Position numbers and translations under genes: made by a program. A stretch of DNA of 64,000 nt from Octopus vulgaris (lineage: Eukaryota). Where the stretch lies: NCBI GenBank assembly GCA_951406725.2, contig OX597822.1:9362001-9426000 (forward strand), read 5' to 3'. Positions 11,840 through 27,006 of this stretch are shown here, piece after piece. The notes below the pieces were generated by a model, which saw nothing but the letters and a program-made list of their open reading frames with translations, searched no databases and had not been told where the DNA came from. The first letter of the stretch is position 1, and each line of letters begins with the position of its first letter.

Positions 11840-12965
11840 AATGTGTATGAACTGATTCGGGGGTGATTATAAAGCAAAAGAGTTTGGAAATTGAGACTGT
11901 GAAGGGCAAAAACCTGATGAAAGGGGAAGATAAGCCCTTGTTCTCATCGGCAACGAGAGTTCAATGATTCTATTTTACAGAATGTGACCGAAATCGTAAA
12001 GATGCCGGATGGACTATTTCGTAGAGTAGAAATTGCCTGATGAGGCAGCGAGCTGGCAGAAATGTTAGCACGCCGGGCGAAAAGCTCAACGGTATCTGGT
12101 CTGCCGAAAGGCGGCGAGCTGGCAGAAACGTTAGCCGTATTTCGTCTGCCGCTACGTTCTAAGTTCAAATTCTGCCGAGGTTGACTTTGCCTTTCATCCG
12201 TTCAGGGTCGATAAATTAAGGACCAGTTACGCACTGGGGTCGATATAATCGACTTAATACCTATGTCTGTCCTTGTTTGTCCCCTCTGTGTTTAGCCCCT
12301 TGTGGGTAGTAAAGAAATAGGTATTTCGTCTGTCTTTACGTTCTGAGTTCAAATCCAGCTGAGGTTGACTTTGCCTTTCATCCGTTCGGGGTCGATAAAT
12401 TAAGTACCAGTTACGCACTGGGGTCGATGTAATCGACTTAAACCCTTTGTCTGTCCTTGTTTGTCCCCTCTATGTTTAGCCCCTTGTGGGCAATAAAGAA
12501 ATAAGAAATGTGAAATTGCCTGAAAGGAGTGACTCGTTACCAAGCAGGACGTCACGGATCTCGATATGCTCCGTCAATCGCTCTAAAAGTCAGTTACTAA
12601 TCTGACTAATGAATAGGGACTTACAGAGTGAGCATTTGAGTTAGTAGACGAAGTTTGTAGAGGCGCTGCTGAAAGAGTCGATGATGTAGACGTTTTGAGC
12701 ATTAGATCCAATGGCCACGCTGATGTTTGTGAGGAACAAACAGGCGGTTATTACAATGGGGACAAGAATAGTGAAGTTATCTGTGCTGAGTTCGGATTTA
12801 AACCGCTTTTTGCAAAACACAATTGCATTCGAGGTTTAACGTTTAACAAATTTTATCTTATTTCTCTGAATATTTTCTTATGAGTTCCCTGCAGTTTGTC
12901 TAGAATAACCTTACAAAATACCTCACAAACGCTTCTCACCCTTTGCATTCCCATCCTAGTTGGTG
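11840..12965 (+). pseudogene. Decayed TSSK-like Ser/Thr kinase, interrupted by SINE B
   Basis: GGDYKAK, TVK, QREF, EIA/ERSDSL, MLRQ, NRDLQSEHL (12612-12638; cf. HRDLKCENL), VDVLSI, SHPSW. Confidence 0.6.
12043..12508 (+). mobile_element. SINE family B, multimeric
   Basis: Duplicated head and two body units; 12-bp TSD gaaattgcctga at 12029-12040 and 12512-12523. Confidence 0.92.
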
Positions 12966-13237
12966 TTGGTGTGTTACAGTCATATATATTGGTGACGTCA
13001 TGAGAATTAGATAACTTCGAGAGCACGTGAAATAATTCTTTTCGGAATAGTGTAACTCGAAGCAGATAAAGCTGTAAATAATAACGCGTAAATATTGCAT
13101 TACGAACCTTTTGAGATAGAAAAACTTGAAGGCTGCCAGTAGGATCCAATATTTCACGCTGATATTTATAGCTTTATCTACTTCCGATATATGCATTTAT
13201 GTACATATACAAATGTGTGTATGTATATGTGTGTCTT

Positions 13238-13269
<32 letters not shown>

Positions 13270-13879
13270 TGTATGTATGTATGTATGTGTGTATGTGTGT
13301 ATGTGTGTATGTATGTATGTATGTGTGTATGTGTGTGTGTATGTGTGTGTATGGATGGATGGATGGATGTATGGATGTATGTATGTATGTGTGTATATGT
13401 AAATGTACGAATATATATGCGTGTGTGTAGAAAGAGAGAGAGGGAGAGAGAGATGGAGGAACGGAAAGAGAGGGGAAGAACAGCGAGAGATGGGGAGGAA
13501 CAAAGAGAGATGAAGAACAGAGAGAGAGTGGCGTAACAGAGAGGGGGGAGGAACAGAGAGAGAGATGGAGGAACAGAAAGAGACAGGGGAAGAACAGAGA
13601 GAGATTGTGAGGAACAGAGAGAGTGAGAGAGAGAGAGAGAGAGTCCATCAATTCGATTTACCGTATAATCCCTTTCTCATTGCAGTTACATGCTTGCAAC
13701 ATATATGATGGTATTTCTACTGCGGGCCTTCAGATGTCTACCTATTGCTGATTAATCTTTTTGTGGTAAATGTAGCTCACTATTATTTCAAGAATCATAT
13801 TAATACCAGCCTGCTCTTCTCTTGTGTAACGACATTGTACGAATCGCGATTTTTAATGTAGACAGACTAAATTCGATTT

Positions 13880-14670
13880 ATAAGCAAGGAAACCTAAATT
13901 AGAATTTGTCCATGATATTAGTGATGTAAGTTTAAATGAAATAGCAACATCCTGGAATCGAAACTGGGTCGCAGATTCCGCTCCTCACTATATTAGATTT
14001 ACCACTGTGACCATCACACTACCTATTTCTTTATTACCCACAAGGGGCTAAACACAGAGGGGACAAACAAGGACAGACATAGGTATTAAGTCGATTACAT
14101 CGACCCCAGTGCGTAACTGGTCCTTAATTTATCGACCCCGAAAGGATGAAAGGCAAAGTCGACCTCGGCGGAATTTGAACTCACAACGTAACGCAGACGA
14201 AATACCGCTAAGCATTTCGCCGGGCGTGCTAACGTTTCTGCCAGCTCGCCGCCTTCGACCATCACACTACCTATCGTTAATATTGCTGGTTCACTGCCTC
14301 TCTTGTGAACAGGATAGAATGTTTGGGAGAAATGAGGTGGAATATAATTTTGTCTAACACATAGAAAAGAACGAAACGCTTTTTATATCTTCTGGGTCAT
14401 TAAGTTAGTTGATAGCTCAGTGCACTTTCATCATCGTTTATCTCAACAAGTGTAAATGTAAGAGCGCTTTAATATAGCCCTGAGCTCCTAGTAAACAGAG
14501 TTTCCGAGTTTTGCCGACCCCCTATAGGGATATCACTAAAACGTTTCACTTCTTTGTACTTGTAAATCCGATCAATGTCAACAGCCTGAAGAGGAATGAT
14601 CTCAAACAGGCAGAGACGTAACCTTTGACTTAGAACTGTAGATGGAAGATTTTCTATCACTTCACGACTT
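13880..14670 (+). pseudogene. Decayed Ser/Thr kinase, interrupted by SINE B
   Basis: QHPGI, LSCEQDRMF...VEYNFV, IKLVD, YSPELL (~14473), AD..IGISL, RFSI. Confidence 0.55.
14023..14254 (-). mobile_element. SINE family B, full length
   Basis: Family match; long TSD gaccatcacactacctat on both sides. Confidence 0.95.
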
Positions 14671-14849
14671 CCTAAAAGAAATAAGGCTTACAAAAATAAC
14701 TTTACGTCATTTTCTCATTTAATATGTTTTTATTATAGTTTTTCATTTCTAAAATAACATTCAAATTATATCATCCGTTATTTACAGGAATATTTTGCTG
14801 TAGATTTACTGCTGTAACATGTCTTTTAGAGAACCGATAGTCAACGAAG

Positions 14850-15040
14850 GATAGTCTCTCAAGCCAACAGGAGAAATAGGTACTTTTGATATGCAGGAGC
14901 AACACATGGCCATTTTATTTTTAGTGTATGTTTGATGAAACCTTTAATTTCTTTGAGTGCTCTGAGTTTTAACTCAACACGTGATTCCTGCTTCCGGTAT
15001 CCTTCCCAGAATGGACACATTTACACATGCAGTCATAAAG
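14850..15040 (-). pseudogene. Kinase C-lobe relic
   Basis: ILGRIP, KEIKGFIKHTL, SCWL. Confidence 0.35.
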
Positions 15041-15289
15041 GAAGGCATGTTTATGGCTAACAAAGAGAGAGAAAAAAAGTGTATTTATTTATACTGAACC
15101 TTATTTCTAACAGATCTCAATTGCTGTCAAGATTTGTTCGACTAAACCCTTCAAAGTGGTGACCCAGCACGAATGCAGAACAATGGCTGAAACAGGTAAA
15201 ATATGTGTATATATATATATATATATGTGTATATATATGTGTATACATATAATTATACATACATATATATCTCACCTATGCATACAGAG

Positions 15290-15335
<46 letters not shown>

Positions 15336-15573
15336 ATACATACAGGGTTATATCTTTCAGAGCACGTCTGTTTGAAAAGGTTTAACGAAAGCGCTCACAC
15401 ACAAGAAAAACTTCTTCACAAAAATGTTAGTAACATCTAACATCCTCATAGGAGATTTCATAACATTTTCTTTTAAAACAATTTTCAAAAATAATCATCT
15501 CTACACTTCAAAAACTGTATAAAGTAATCTTCATAGACTTCCATGCACACACGCATATGTGTGTGTGTGTGTA

Positions 15574-15604
<31 letters not shown>

Positions 15605-16324
15605 TTATATATATGTCTATATATATACGTTTATATATTTGTTGTGCAGTGCGTGTATATTTATTGGCTAAACTGGCAAAATGACCATTCCGAAATATAA
15701 CAATATATATATATATATATATGGTGAAAATTAAATATTAATTTTTGAATTCTCTCAAACTGACTTGCCCGCTTACATTCAACGTGCCAAAATAAGAATA
15801 GGTTTTTCGTGGTTTGGGATTTAATTCCCATTTCTAGCGTGATGGAAAACCACTTAGTAGCTTTCCTTCAGTGTATAACACTTATACACACACACACAAA
15901 CGCTCGCATATGTGTGTGTGTGTGTATGTGTGTGTGAGTGTGTATGTAAGAGTTATTCACTGATGGAAAGTCACTAAGTGATTTTCCATGCCTTTACTTA
16001 AGTGTACAGTGTGTTTTGTTTTGCTAGAGGGTGTGTGCGAATCCACCTAGATCTATGCATGAAAGCGAATACACTTTTATCAATATACATATGCGTAAGT
16101 TTCGTATTGGCGTTTGGCTGATCAATATTTTCACAAACTCTCAATCTGGCGATATAGTTTTAAAGAGAAGTCATCCACAGATCCATCGGGGACACACATA
16201 TAAATACACATGTATGCGTAGAGAGAGAAAAAATACACGTTCACATGTATTCATGTACAAACTTTGACACATTCAAGCACACGCATATACACGTGCTAGT
16301 TCTGTAACACGTGCACTCTTAGAT

Positions 16325-16396
<72 letters not shown>

Positions 16397-17251
16397 GGGG
16401 TGGAGAGAGAAAGGGAGAGAGAAAGGGAAAGAGGTATGTAGTCATATATAGCCGTATACATGTATGTCTGCAATATACATAAGTATACCTACCTACCTAC
16501 CTACCTACATATATACATACATACATACATACACACATACATACATACATACATACATACATACATACATACATACATACATACATACATACATACATAC
16601 ACTCACGCACGAACGCACTCACACACACGCGCACAGATCCATGAACTGAGACATTTACACATATGTGCACACTTGTTCATATTAGACACAAAGTGCCCAC
16701 ACACATGCACACACACACACACACACACAATGTTATGTAAACTAAAGAAAAATTATAGAGAGAAAGAGAAAACAAAATGGAAAAGGGACAGACAGACAGA
16801 CAGACAACGAGAAGAAGTCATGAAGTAGAAAGAAAAGAAAAGCAGAAATAGTGAGTGGAACTGAGAGAAGGAGAGAGAAAAGGCATGGCGAGATAGAAAA
16901 GAAATGGGAAGAGAGTAAGGAGGATGGAGAGACAAAAAGAGAGTAAAAAGAAATCTGTTAAAGATAGTGAAGGCGAGAAGGAAAAGGAAAAAAAATCAGC
17001 GAAAGGAAGATCCTAGTCTAAGTCTGCCTGTCATAAAGCGGTTTTGTTATGTCAAGGGACACCTATGAGATCGATATTTCCTTTTCTCTCTTCTGATAAA
17101 TGTCGTAAATATCGGCTGTCGTCAAGAGGGGAAATAGAAGGAGAAAATCAATAAGATTACTGAGAGAAGAAGAGAGTGGAAGAAGATTATTTTAGTGTCT
17201 TTCACTCAATCATTTTCTTATACTTTCACTTTCCTACTTACTGGCATTCCA

Positions 17252-17287
<36 letters not shown>

Positions 17288-17449
17288 ATTCGCTCTCACA
17301 ATACAATATATGGTTACATGCATATATGAAGGAGTCTGTATGCAGTATGTAAATATGTGATTGTGTGTATATGTTCATTCTACAGATCTCAAATAGAGAA
17401 TATTTAGAATGCACACTAGAATGGCCTACTGGTAAGAACACATTTCTCT

Positions 17450-18510
17450 GAAACTTTTTGATAGTATTTAGAATACTTCACAAACCATCATTGTACCACA
17501 AATCAATTGGATTTAGTGGATATGAGTCAGTTTTCTTCGATCTTTCTTAGAAAACCTTCAGCATTACTAGTCTTAAATTTAAATATGTTCTTGTATAGCC
17601 CAGGGCGACTATGATCATTGGTACAATGAGAATCTGTAGCATGGATACCGAAACTGTACATTCCTCATTAGTCCCCTGTAAATGGTCTCTTCAGTTTTTC
17701 ACAATTTTAGATGTGCGGTTCATGGCTACTGCACACATGATTTTTGTTCCCTGTCCAATATCATATCGGTATTGTAAGCGCTGCATTGTTATAAGAAAGG
17801 CGGCGAGCTGGAAGAAACGTCAGCGCGTTGGGCGAAATTCTTAGCGGTATTTCGTCTGCCGCTACGTTCTGAGTTCAAATTCCACCGAGGTCGACTTTGC
17901 CTTTTATCCTTTCGGGGTCGATAAATAAAGTACCAGTTACGCACTGGGGTCGATGTAATCAACTTAATCCTTTTGTCTGTCCTTATTTGTACTCTTTGTG
18001 TTTAGCCACTTGTGCGTAGTAAAGAAGTAAGTATTTCGTTTGTCTTTACGTTCTGAGTTCAAATTCCACCGAAGTCGACTTCGCCTTTCCTTCTTTCGGG
18101 GTTGATAAATTAAGTACCAGTTGCATATTAGGGTCGATCTAATCGACTGGCCCCCTCACCAAAAAATTCGGGTCTTGTGCTTAGAGCAGAAAAGATTCTT
18201 ACAAGAATTTACCCCAAGTATTCTTTATTGTTAAAGGCATTGAATTATTCTGGCTCTGGTGCGCATTTGTATGACTATTTCTCTAGATGGCATTTCTGCT
18301 GTACTCACTCATTCGACCACATTGCATCACGGTTAGGATACTAATGTGTAATCTAAATAAAATGCTAAAATCATTCATGGGGCAAGACTTTTGCGAACTC
18401 GGTATTATGGCCTTTTCTGCTGCGGGATACTGGTTGTGGGTGCAATGCAAGCATGCAACTGATAGTCCTGACACAGTTCGCGCTTAAGGATTATCCGACA
18501 CATTTCATAG
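17450..18510 (-). pseudogene. Decayed Ser/Thr kinase, interrupted by SINE B
   Basis: YPAAEKAI (cf. VAVKxI), NDFSILFRL/YPN, EYSRN, PFTG, MYSFGI/MLQIL. Confidence 0.55.
17797..18196 (+). mobile_element. SINE family B dimer
   Basis: Two body units with different tails; TSD ttataagaa/ttacaagaa. Confidence 0.92.
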
Positions 18511-18520
18511 ACCTTGATAA

Positions 18521-18919
18521 TCTTTATATATAAAAGTGAAGTTGTGTGTCTGTCTCCTACGATTTAGATTCCTAACTACTCCCACATTTTGCGGTGCAGT
18601 GTAACCAAAAGCGGGTATCTTATAGTCGTGATTCATATCGAGTCCTTCTGGGTATTAGCGCGCGTCTACGATGAGTCTACGATTTTTAAAAAAAATTACC
18701 ATCATTTTTTTCCATTTTAATCCATTTTTTTCGCTATAATATAAGGGAAGTAACTCTCTAAAAATGTCTACGATGAGTCAACGATTTTTTAAAAAAATTA
18801 CCATAATTTTTTTTCCATTTTTAATGCATTTTTTGGCTATATTTTGGCTATAACTCTCTAAAAATGCTTATATAGTTATTTCCCTTACAAACCCGAGCAA
18901 CGCCAGGCGATACTGCTAG
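18521..18919 (+). mobile_element. Non-autonomous Helitron
   Basis: TC...CTAG termini, 3' hairpin, A|T target, internal tandem duplication. Confidence 0.85.
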
Positions 18920-19949
18920 TCTATGATAAACTTACCGCTGATGGTTCTTGATTTTACTATGTACTATTCACTTTTTGTTTAGCGATAGTCCAATAGCTTT
19001 CCTCATATGTGGATATTTTTGTAGATAGAGAAGTGATCCCTTTGGTTTGCTTTCCTCGTAACGCTCGATTCTTGTTACTCCTGTTTGTTGGCGAATAGGG
19101 GTCTGAAACGCAATACAGTGTATCGTTCATTGTCCAAAAGTTGGGAGCTTCGATTTACGCTGAGTGTTTCTTCTTTCACAACTAAATAGATCGGCGATAA
19201 CATCGAGTGAGTCGGTGGTTTCATTATCGACTCGTGTCATAACCGGTCTTTCAAGCAGTTATTTGTTGATTGCAGATAATGAAGTGACGATTCGCTTGAG
19301 TTTTTCTATAAGCTTTGTTATCAATTGTTTATATTCTTCACTCATTTCTGTTTGTGCACAAGCGCTACGACGTGTCCGTGTAATGACAGAAAACTAATTT
19401 CGAGTTATTGTTCTTAATATAGTTGTCTTTTCAATCATATTTTGTTCTTCGTGGTTTTCTAAGGAGAAAACTCCACTGGTCTATTTACACATTTACTTAA
19501 TATACAAATTTTACTGCCAATAAGGAAGAGCAGTCAATTTATACTCAAAGTGGCTTGATGACGTAACTGCTATACACTACTAAATAATTAGACACTTTTA
19601 GATTTTAGTAATTCGTCATCCTTTTCCCGCCCCCTTTTCGTAGAACTGATGCAGGTCTTAATTCAATTCTTACGTCCACTGGCATTTCTCACCTGCGGCA
19701 CGTGACCATATCTTCTTCTTTTATCATGGTTACACTTATGTCGTCTCTGGTATATGTATGTATGTAGTCATCTATGCACGTATGTATGTATGTATGTATG
19801 TATGTATGTATGTATGTATGTATGTATGTATGTATGTATGTATGTATGTATGTATGTATATATGTATGTATGTATGTATGTATGTTTGTATGTATATTTG
19901 TATGTATATATATATATGTGTGTATTATGTGTGTGTATGTATGGATGTG

Positions 19950-20275
19950 AAGGCGCATAGCTCAGTAGTTAGAGTGTCGGGCTCACAATAAAAGGTATTG
20001 TGTTCGATTCCCGGACCGAGCTGTGTGTTGTGTTCTTGAGCAAGACACTTTATTCCATGTTGCTCCAGTTCACTCAGCTGTAGAAATGAATTGCGACGTC
20101 ACTGGTGCCAAGATGTTTTTGCCTATTCCTTGGGCAACACCCGTGGCGTGGAGGGATGAGGTTGGTATGCATGGGCGACTGCTGGTATTCCATAAACAAC
20201 CTTTCCCAGACTTGTGCCTCGGAGGTGAACTTTCTAGGTGCAATCCAATGGTCGGTCATGACCTAAGGGGTCTTA
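19950..20275 (+). mobile_element. tRNA-derived SINE (family C-related)
   Basis: ggcgcatagctcagtagttagag...gttcgattccc head; body matches 47583-47900 (minus). Confidence 0.8.
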
Positions 20276-20849
20276 ACTCTCTATATGGATGTATATGCAT
20301 ATGTAAGCTTCTATTATGTATGTGTATGTATATGTACGTTTATGTATATGTATATATAAGTATATGTATATAAGTATATTTATACGTATATATGTCAGTA
20401 ATATTTTTGGTTTATTTTTTAAAGGATTCACAATAGCGAAAAATCCGGTTTCCAAACAGGAAACGAGCATCTTCCACTGGAATGTAGACAACATTCACCA
20501 AGTAATTGTATGTATGCATGTATATGTACAGGCAGGCGTAGGTGCGGGTACATCGTACAATACATTTAGCAGATGTTTTGACAAGAATTTATATTTGCAT
20601 TTATATTATATATATATTGTTATATTGTTATATTTTCGGTTGGTCATGTTTATCGTGTCAAACACATACATTATATATTCGTTCTTCACTCGTTTATTAT
20701 TGTTCTTATTTTACCATATGTCCATTGTCTGGAAATCTTTCGCCACAAATCTATGACCTCTTCAGCGACTCTTCTATCCACTTGTATCCTCTTGTTCTGA
20801 TATATACGAATATATATCTGTATGCATTTGTATTCAATTCCAAACATTG

Positions 20850-21910
20850 GGATCACATGTACCTTTCTCCTTCTAAAGAAGTATTCGAAAATGCTGCCCC
20901 ATATTATCATAAGGCTCTATTGGTTAGCGCCTTTACTAATAAAATCTTTTACAACTCTCCACTTCCTCTATCATCTAGTTGTAAGAATAGGTCCGGAGAA
21001 GTTTTATGGACCATCCCACCTTTCTCCCTTAATTTTAGGACAAATGTAAGGAAAAGATTGTTGCACTTTGTAGATATTCACTTTCTTTGAATCTTAGAAT
21101 CCATAGATACACTAAAATCTTTAACAGACACACAATTAAGATTGTTTTTTTCCTGCGACACTCCATCCACCCCTAATGTTAAATCATATATCAGTAAGTA
21201 ACAGACGGCGCAAGCCTACCCTGGATGCACATGTAGAAACAAATCTATATGTCCTCTAGGACAGAAATGCGATATATCTTTTGTTGTTTATGAAGCACAA
21301 GAATCAGCGAACTATGCCAACAATCGAACAGAAAATCAAAGGTAATATCGAAGCCGTGGCAGGAAAATTTTAATCAAGATATAACAACCATGTTCCGAAT
21401 TTTAGGTACCGTGATGAAAGTCATTCAACTACCATTTTGTCTCTAATCTGGAAACTTAAAGACGAAGAGACCAGCTTCGACATTATATGGAAAATCATAT
21501 CCAAAACCAAACCGCTATTAACGGGTCCACAGGATGTTCAATGTGTTCTCTTAAAAAAACTATATCTCTTAAAGAACTTGAGAGCCTCCAACGACTATGT
21601 AAACTCCAGGAACGAGATATTTCTCTATGTCCACATTTTAAAGAAATACGTCTTTGAGAATTTTAAAAATAGGCCACCAGTCACATTGTAAACAATTAAG
21701 CTCTTGTTTTACAACTTTTTGCTAATTTTTTATTATAACGTTGGTTATCTCCCTTGTGTTTTTTTTCTTTCGTTTTCTTCCTTATGTTGCTCCCTTATCT
21801 AGTCGTCATATGCTTAAAAATCAACTGACTATCGGTCTTGCTCTTAGCTTGAAAAATGGCGAATTGAATTAAGGTTTCGACCAGGAAACCCTGGGTAGCT
21901 ATATTTAACA
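20850..21910 (+). mobile_element. Penelope-like element 3' part (post-RT linker, GIY-YIG, 3' terminal region), degenerate
   Basis: EVFENAAPYYHKAL, VLWTIPPFSLNFRTNV, GCTCRNKSICPL..CD...VVYEA, RYNNH, IWKLKD..FDIIWKII. Confidence 0.85.
21845..21901 (+). ncRNA. Type I hammerhead motif (U3-A8) downstream of PLE ORF
   Basis: UAGC-UUGAAAA-AUGGCGAA...UUCGACCAG-GAAA-CCCUGGG-UA/GCUA. Confidence 0.65.
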
Positions 21911-22021
21911 AGTTTTATGTGTTTTTATTATAACTTCATATATATATATATATGTATGTATGAATGTATATATATATATATATATATATGCGCGCATATG
22001 TGTGTATACTTATAGACAGCC

Positions 22022-22198
<177 letters not shown>

Positions 22199-22941
22199 TG
22201 CATTCATTTCATACGCTCACCTAGATGCTGATACACATGTATATACGTCGGTGTGGAGTGAATATTTGTATATTTATCTGTATATATTTGTACAAATCTA
22301 TTCCTTCTCGTGTCTTGTATACGTGCATGTTTGTGCATCTATATACGCACATATACACACACATACACACACATACACACGCACACGTACACACGAGGGG
22401 GAGAGAGATAGACACACAGATTCAGATTGATAAACGGCCAGAAAGATAGTAAAGTAAAACTATAGTATTACCGATTTCTATAGCAAACGATGTATATATT
22501 TTGTATTTTATTGTCACATACTCCCTATTGAAACATATTCTATATCCGTCACACATTAGTATACACATACAGGCACACTCTTGTAAAACACGTATGTACG
22601 TATATACAGAAAGAAAGGTTTAATATACAAATATATGTGTTTGTATTAAACCCACAGTCATATGCAATAAAATTACAGGTATGTATCGGTGCTAATGTTT
22701 ACGGAAATATTGTAATGCATAATAATGCATAAATAAATATTTGTGTTGCAATATGTACATTGTAATAAAGTAATCAATATCACATTCCATTCTATATAGA
22801 TAATACATACAGACATAAATACGAACACACACACAGGGTGTATATATGTACAAACACACACACACCACTCACACAACACACACATATATATATACATATA
22901 TGCATATATATATATATAAGTATACATATATACCTATATAC

Positions 22942-23005
<64 letters not shown>

Positions 23006-23071
23006 AGTATGTTATATGATATATGTACATATATATATATACATATACATATAAGTATGTTATATAATATA

Positions 23072-23112
<41 letters not shown>

Positions 23113-23241
23113 CTTTTATATTTATATACATACAACACGTAATTATGTGTCTATTCATGCGTGTATCTCTTTGTATGTACGACTGAATGTATGTGTGTGG
23201 TCTAGTGAATATATGTGTGTGTGTGTTTGTATGTGTGTGCG

Positions 23242-23278
<37 letters not shown>

Positions 23279-23419
23279 ACGTGTGTGTGTGTGTGTGTGT
23301 ATGCATATAAAATGTATTATGAAGAAATAAACCTCGTCAGCTTCAGATTCCGCTTTGTTATACCATATGCATCCATATATGTATATATATATATATATAT
23401 GTATACATATATGTATATA

Positions 23420-23450
<31 letters not shown>

Positions 23451-23476
23451 CTATAGATATATAAATATATAGATAT

Positions 23477-23510
<34 letters not shown>

Positions 23511-23748
23511 GTGTGTATATCGACATATATATATATATATATGTATGTATACATATTATGTGTCTGTGTGTGTATGAGTGTGTGTGTGTATGTGTGTGTG
23601 TGTGCGTGCGTGTGTCTATCTTTAGAATAACTCCCATATGTAGAAGTCTTCTAATTTCCGATACTAAGACACTGGAAAATTATATAAACATTTTTTGTCA
23701 CCAAAATATTATTATCATTAACAATCAATAAATCTTGTCCCAGTGTGT

Positions 23749-23783
<35 letters not shown>

Positions 23784-23806
23784 GCACACACATATGCATA
23801 GATTTA

Positions 23807-23895
<89 letters not shown>

Positions 23896-24144
23896 ATCTG
23901 CATACATATATGTGCATATAACTGTTTATGTATATACATATCTATATGTATTCACATACGTGTGCGTATGCATGTGTGTCTGAGTGTGTACTTATGTATG
24001 TGAGTCTATAATGATTGTTTTCGAAATGTAATTTTATACAATTCTCTTTTTGAAATAGTATATCTATAAGTACACACGTGAGCGCGCGAATGTGTGCATA
24101 TACCTACATACATCCATACATACATACATTTATACATATATACA

Positions 24145-24188
<44 letters not shown>

Positions 24189-24506
24189 TTCATTTCATAC
24201 GCTCACCTAGATGCTGACACACATGTATATACGTCAGTGTGGAGTGAATATTTGTTTATTTATCTGTATATATTTGTACAAATCTATTCCTTCTCGTGTC
24301 TTCTATATGTGCATGTTTGTGCGTGTGGTTTTTTTTTTCTCTTTACCCGAAAGTATATGAGTATACGTACACATATAGCAAACACATATAAATTTTCATA
24401 TATGCACACCCAGAACGAAAGCACCTATTTACTCATGTGTTCACACACGAATATATACGTACATCTATGCTTGTGCATATGTATATATACATATATGTGT
24501 CTGTTG

Positions 24507-24589
<83 letters not shown>

Positions 24590-25227
24590 TATATATATCC
24601 TATAAATATTAAATTGCCATAGTTTCTCTCAAAGTTTCGCTTGGTTTTATTTATATATTTACGTTTGTTCTGTTTCCTCTTTTCATTGTATGTTTTTTAC
24701 AAATATTGTTGTGAATATCATTGAGAACGTTAACCATTAAAGAATCTTCCTTTCCACTTTGCAGCCCCCACCCCACCCCCCACCACCACCGCCGCCGCCA
24801 CCACCATTACCACTACCACACTACATCCTTCCATAAAGTGTTATGTGAGAATCGGTAAGAATCATCATGAAGCCTATTCTTTGGAGAATATTGCCATAAT
24901 CTCTCTCTCTCTCTCCACCCCACCGCCCACTACCCACTTCTCTCTCCACCACCATCCCCGCCATCACCACCACCACCACCACTACCATCCCAGAGATCCG
25001 CTGCTACTTTTATCATCATCAGATTTATCAGCAGCAGCAGCATCATGATCATCATCATCATCATCGTGATCCCCATCCTCATCATCATCATCATCATTGT
25101 CGTCATCATATTCATCATCACCAACTTTGCCTTCATAGATGCTTGCACATCGCTCATTCGATTATTCCTAACATTTTTGTCTTCATATCTAATTCATCAG
25201 AAAGAGACAGTCTGGAACAATGGTATA

Positions 25228-25426
<199 letters not shown>

Positions 25427-25452
25427 TACATATACATACATATATATATATA

Positions 25453-25539
<87 letters not shown>

Positions 25540-25584
25540 ATACATACATTAACAGTGGTATATGTACATGTATGTACGTACGTC

Positions 25585-25669
<85 letters not shown>

Positions 25670-25979
25670 CAGTGTGTATTGCGATCAATAGAGTCGAGTG
25701 AGAACTGTCTGTAAATAAACTGACTGTTGTTCGGAAATTTGACATTTCAGAATTGTTCTCCAAGTAAATCTGTCCTTCTTTTGGTGATTTGAACTTTAAA
25801 GCATCGATGCTTCTTTCAGACTCTGCTGTAAACCTACCTATTGAAATTTCTATATTGAAATTTAATCATTTTGGAATTATGATTAATGAAAAATTATTCT
25901 GTTCAAAAGTATACATGGTCGGTACTTTTATGGGACTTTAAAAAAAAAAGGATTTTTTATGGCTCTACTCGAGTCTAGT

Positions 25980-26356
25980 ATATCATAGGCAATTTTGTCG
26001 AGAAACAGGTCACTTGAGATATGATCCATCATCAAGCGGGTCACACGAGATGGTTCATTAGGTGTATCATTCCGTTAAATCTGCGGACTTCAGTTTGTCC
26101 ATGACTGTACTAGCTCATCATCCATTGATGCTTATTTTTTATATATATATTCATTTAAATCATTGATTCTGAACCTGGGTCCATTTGGCTCCTCTCGTTC
26201 GATATAAGAATGTTTGGTGTCCACGAAACAAAATAATAAACTGGAAATACAGAATAATATTTCAAGGGCCATTGAAAAAAATTTGCTTTAGTTGTATCTA
26301 TTGGTATATATTGCAAGAAACAACTGGGCTTCTTTCTCTAACATTTTACATTGTTC
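25980..26356 (-). pseudogene. Decayed TSSK-like kinase relic
   Basis: MLEKEAQLF, PNILI, SPQI..TPNEP../CD, KLP/YD. Confidence 0.4.
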
Positions 26357-26558
26357 AACCTATACAAAGTATGTGTAAAACAAAATAGAAATTTCGAAAA
26401 GGTTTCTATAAAACTAGCTTTGAAACATCGAATGGCTACGGAGGTCCACCAGATTAAAATAGTAATCAAATGGGTCCATAGACAGAAAAAAAACAGGTTG
26501 AAAACTCCTGATTTAAATAATAAGTCGATTACCACAGAATCATCATGAAACAAAGACA

Positions 26559-26735
26559 GGCGCCGGAGTGGCTGTGTGGTAAGTAGCTTGCTAACCAACC
26601 ACATGGTTGCGGGTTCAGTCCCACTGCGTGACATCTTGGGCAAGTGTCTTCTGCTATAGCCCCGGGCCGACCAATGCCTTGTGAGTGGATTTGGTAGACG
26701 GAAACTGAAAGAAGCCTGTCGTATATATGTATATC

Positions 26736-26796
<61 letters not shown>

Positions 26797-27006
26797 TTGT
26801 GTGCCTGTGTTTGTCCCCCTAGCATTGCTTGACAACTGATGCTGGTGTGTTTACGTTCCCGTCACTTAGCGGTTCGGCAAAAGAGACCGATAGAATAAGT
26901 ACTGGGCTTACAAAGAATAAGTCCCGGGGTCGATTTGCTCGACTTAAGGCGGTGTTCCAGCATGGCCGCAGTCAAATGACTGAAACAAGTAAAAGAGTAA
27001 AAGAGT
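26559..27006 (+). mobile_element. SINE family A, full length
   Basis: tRNA head, (gtaaaaga)n tail, TSD aaagaca at 26552-26558 and 27007-27013. Confidence 0.95.
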
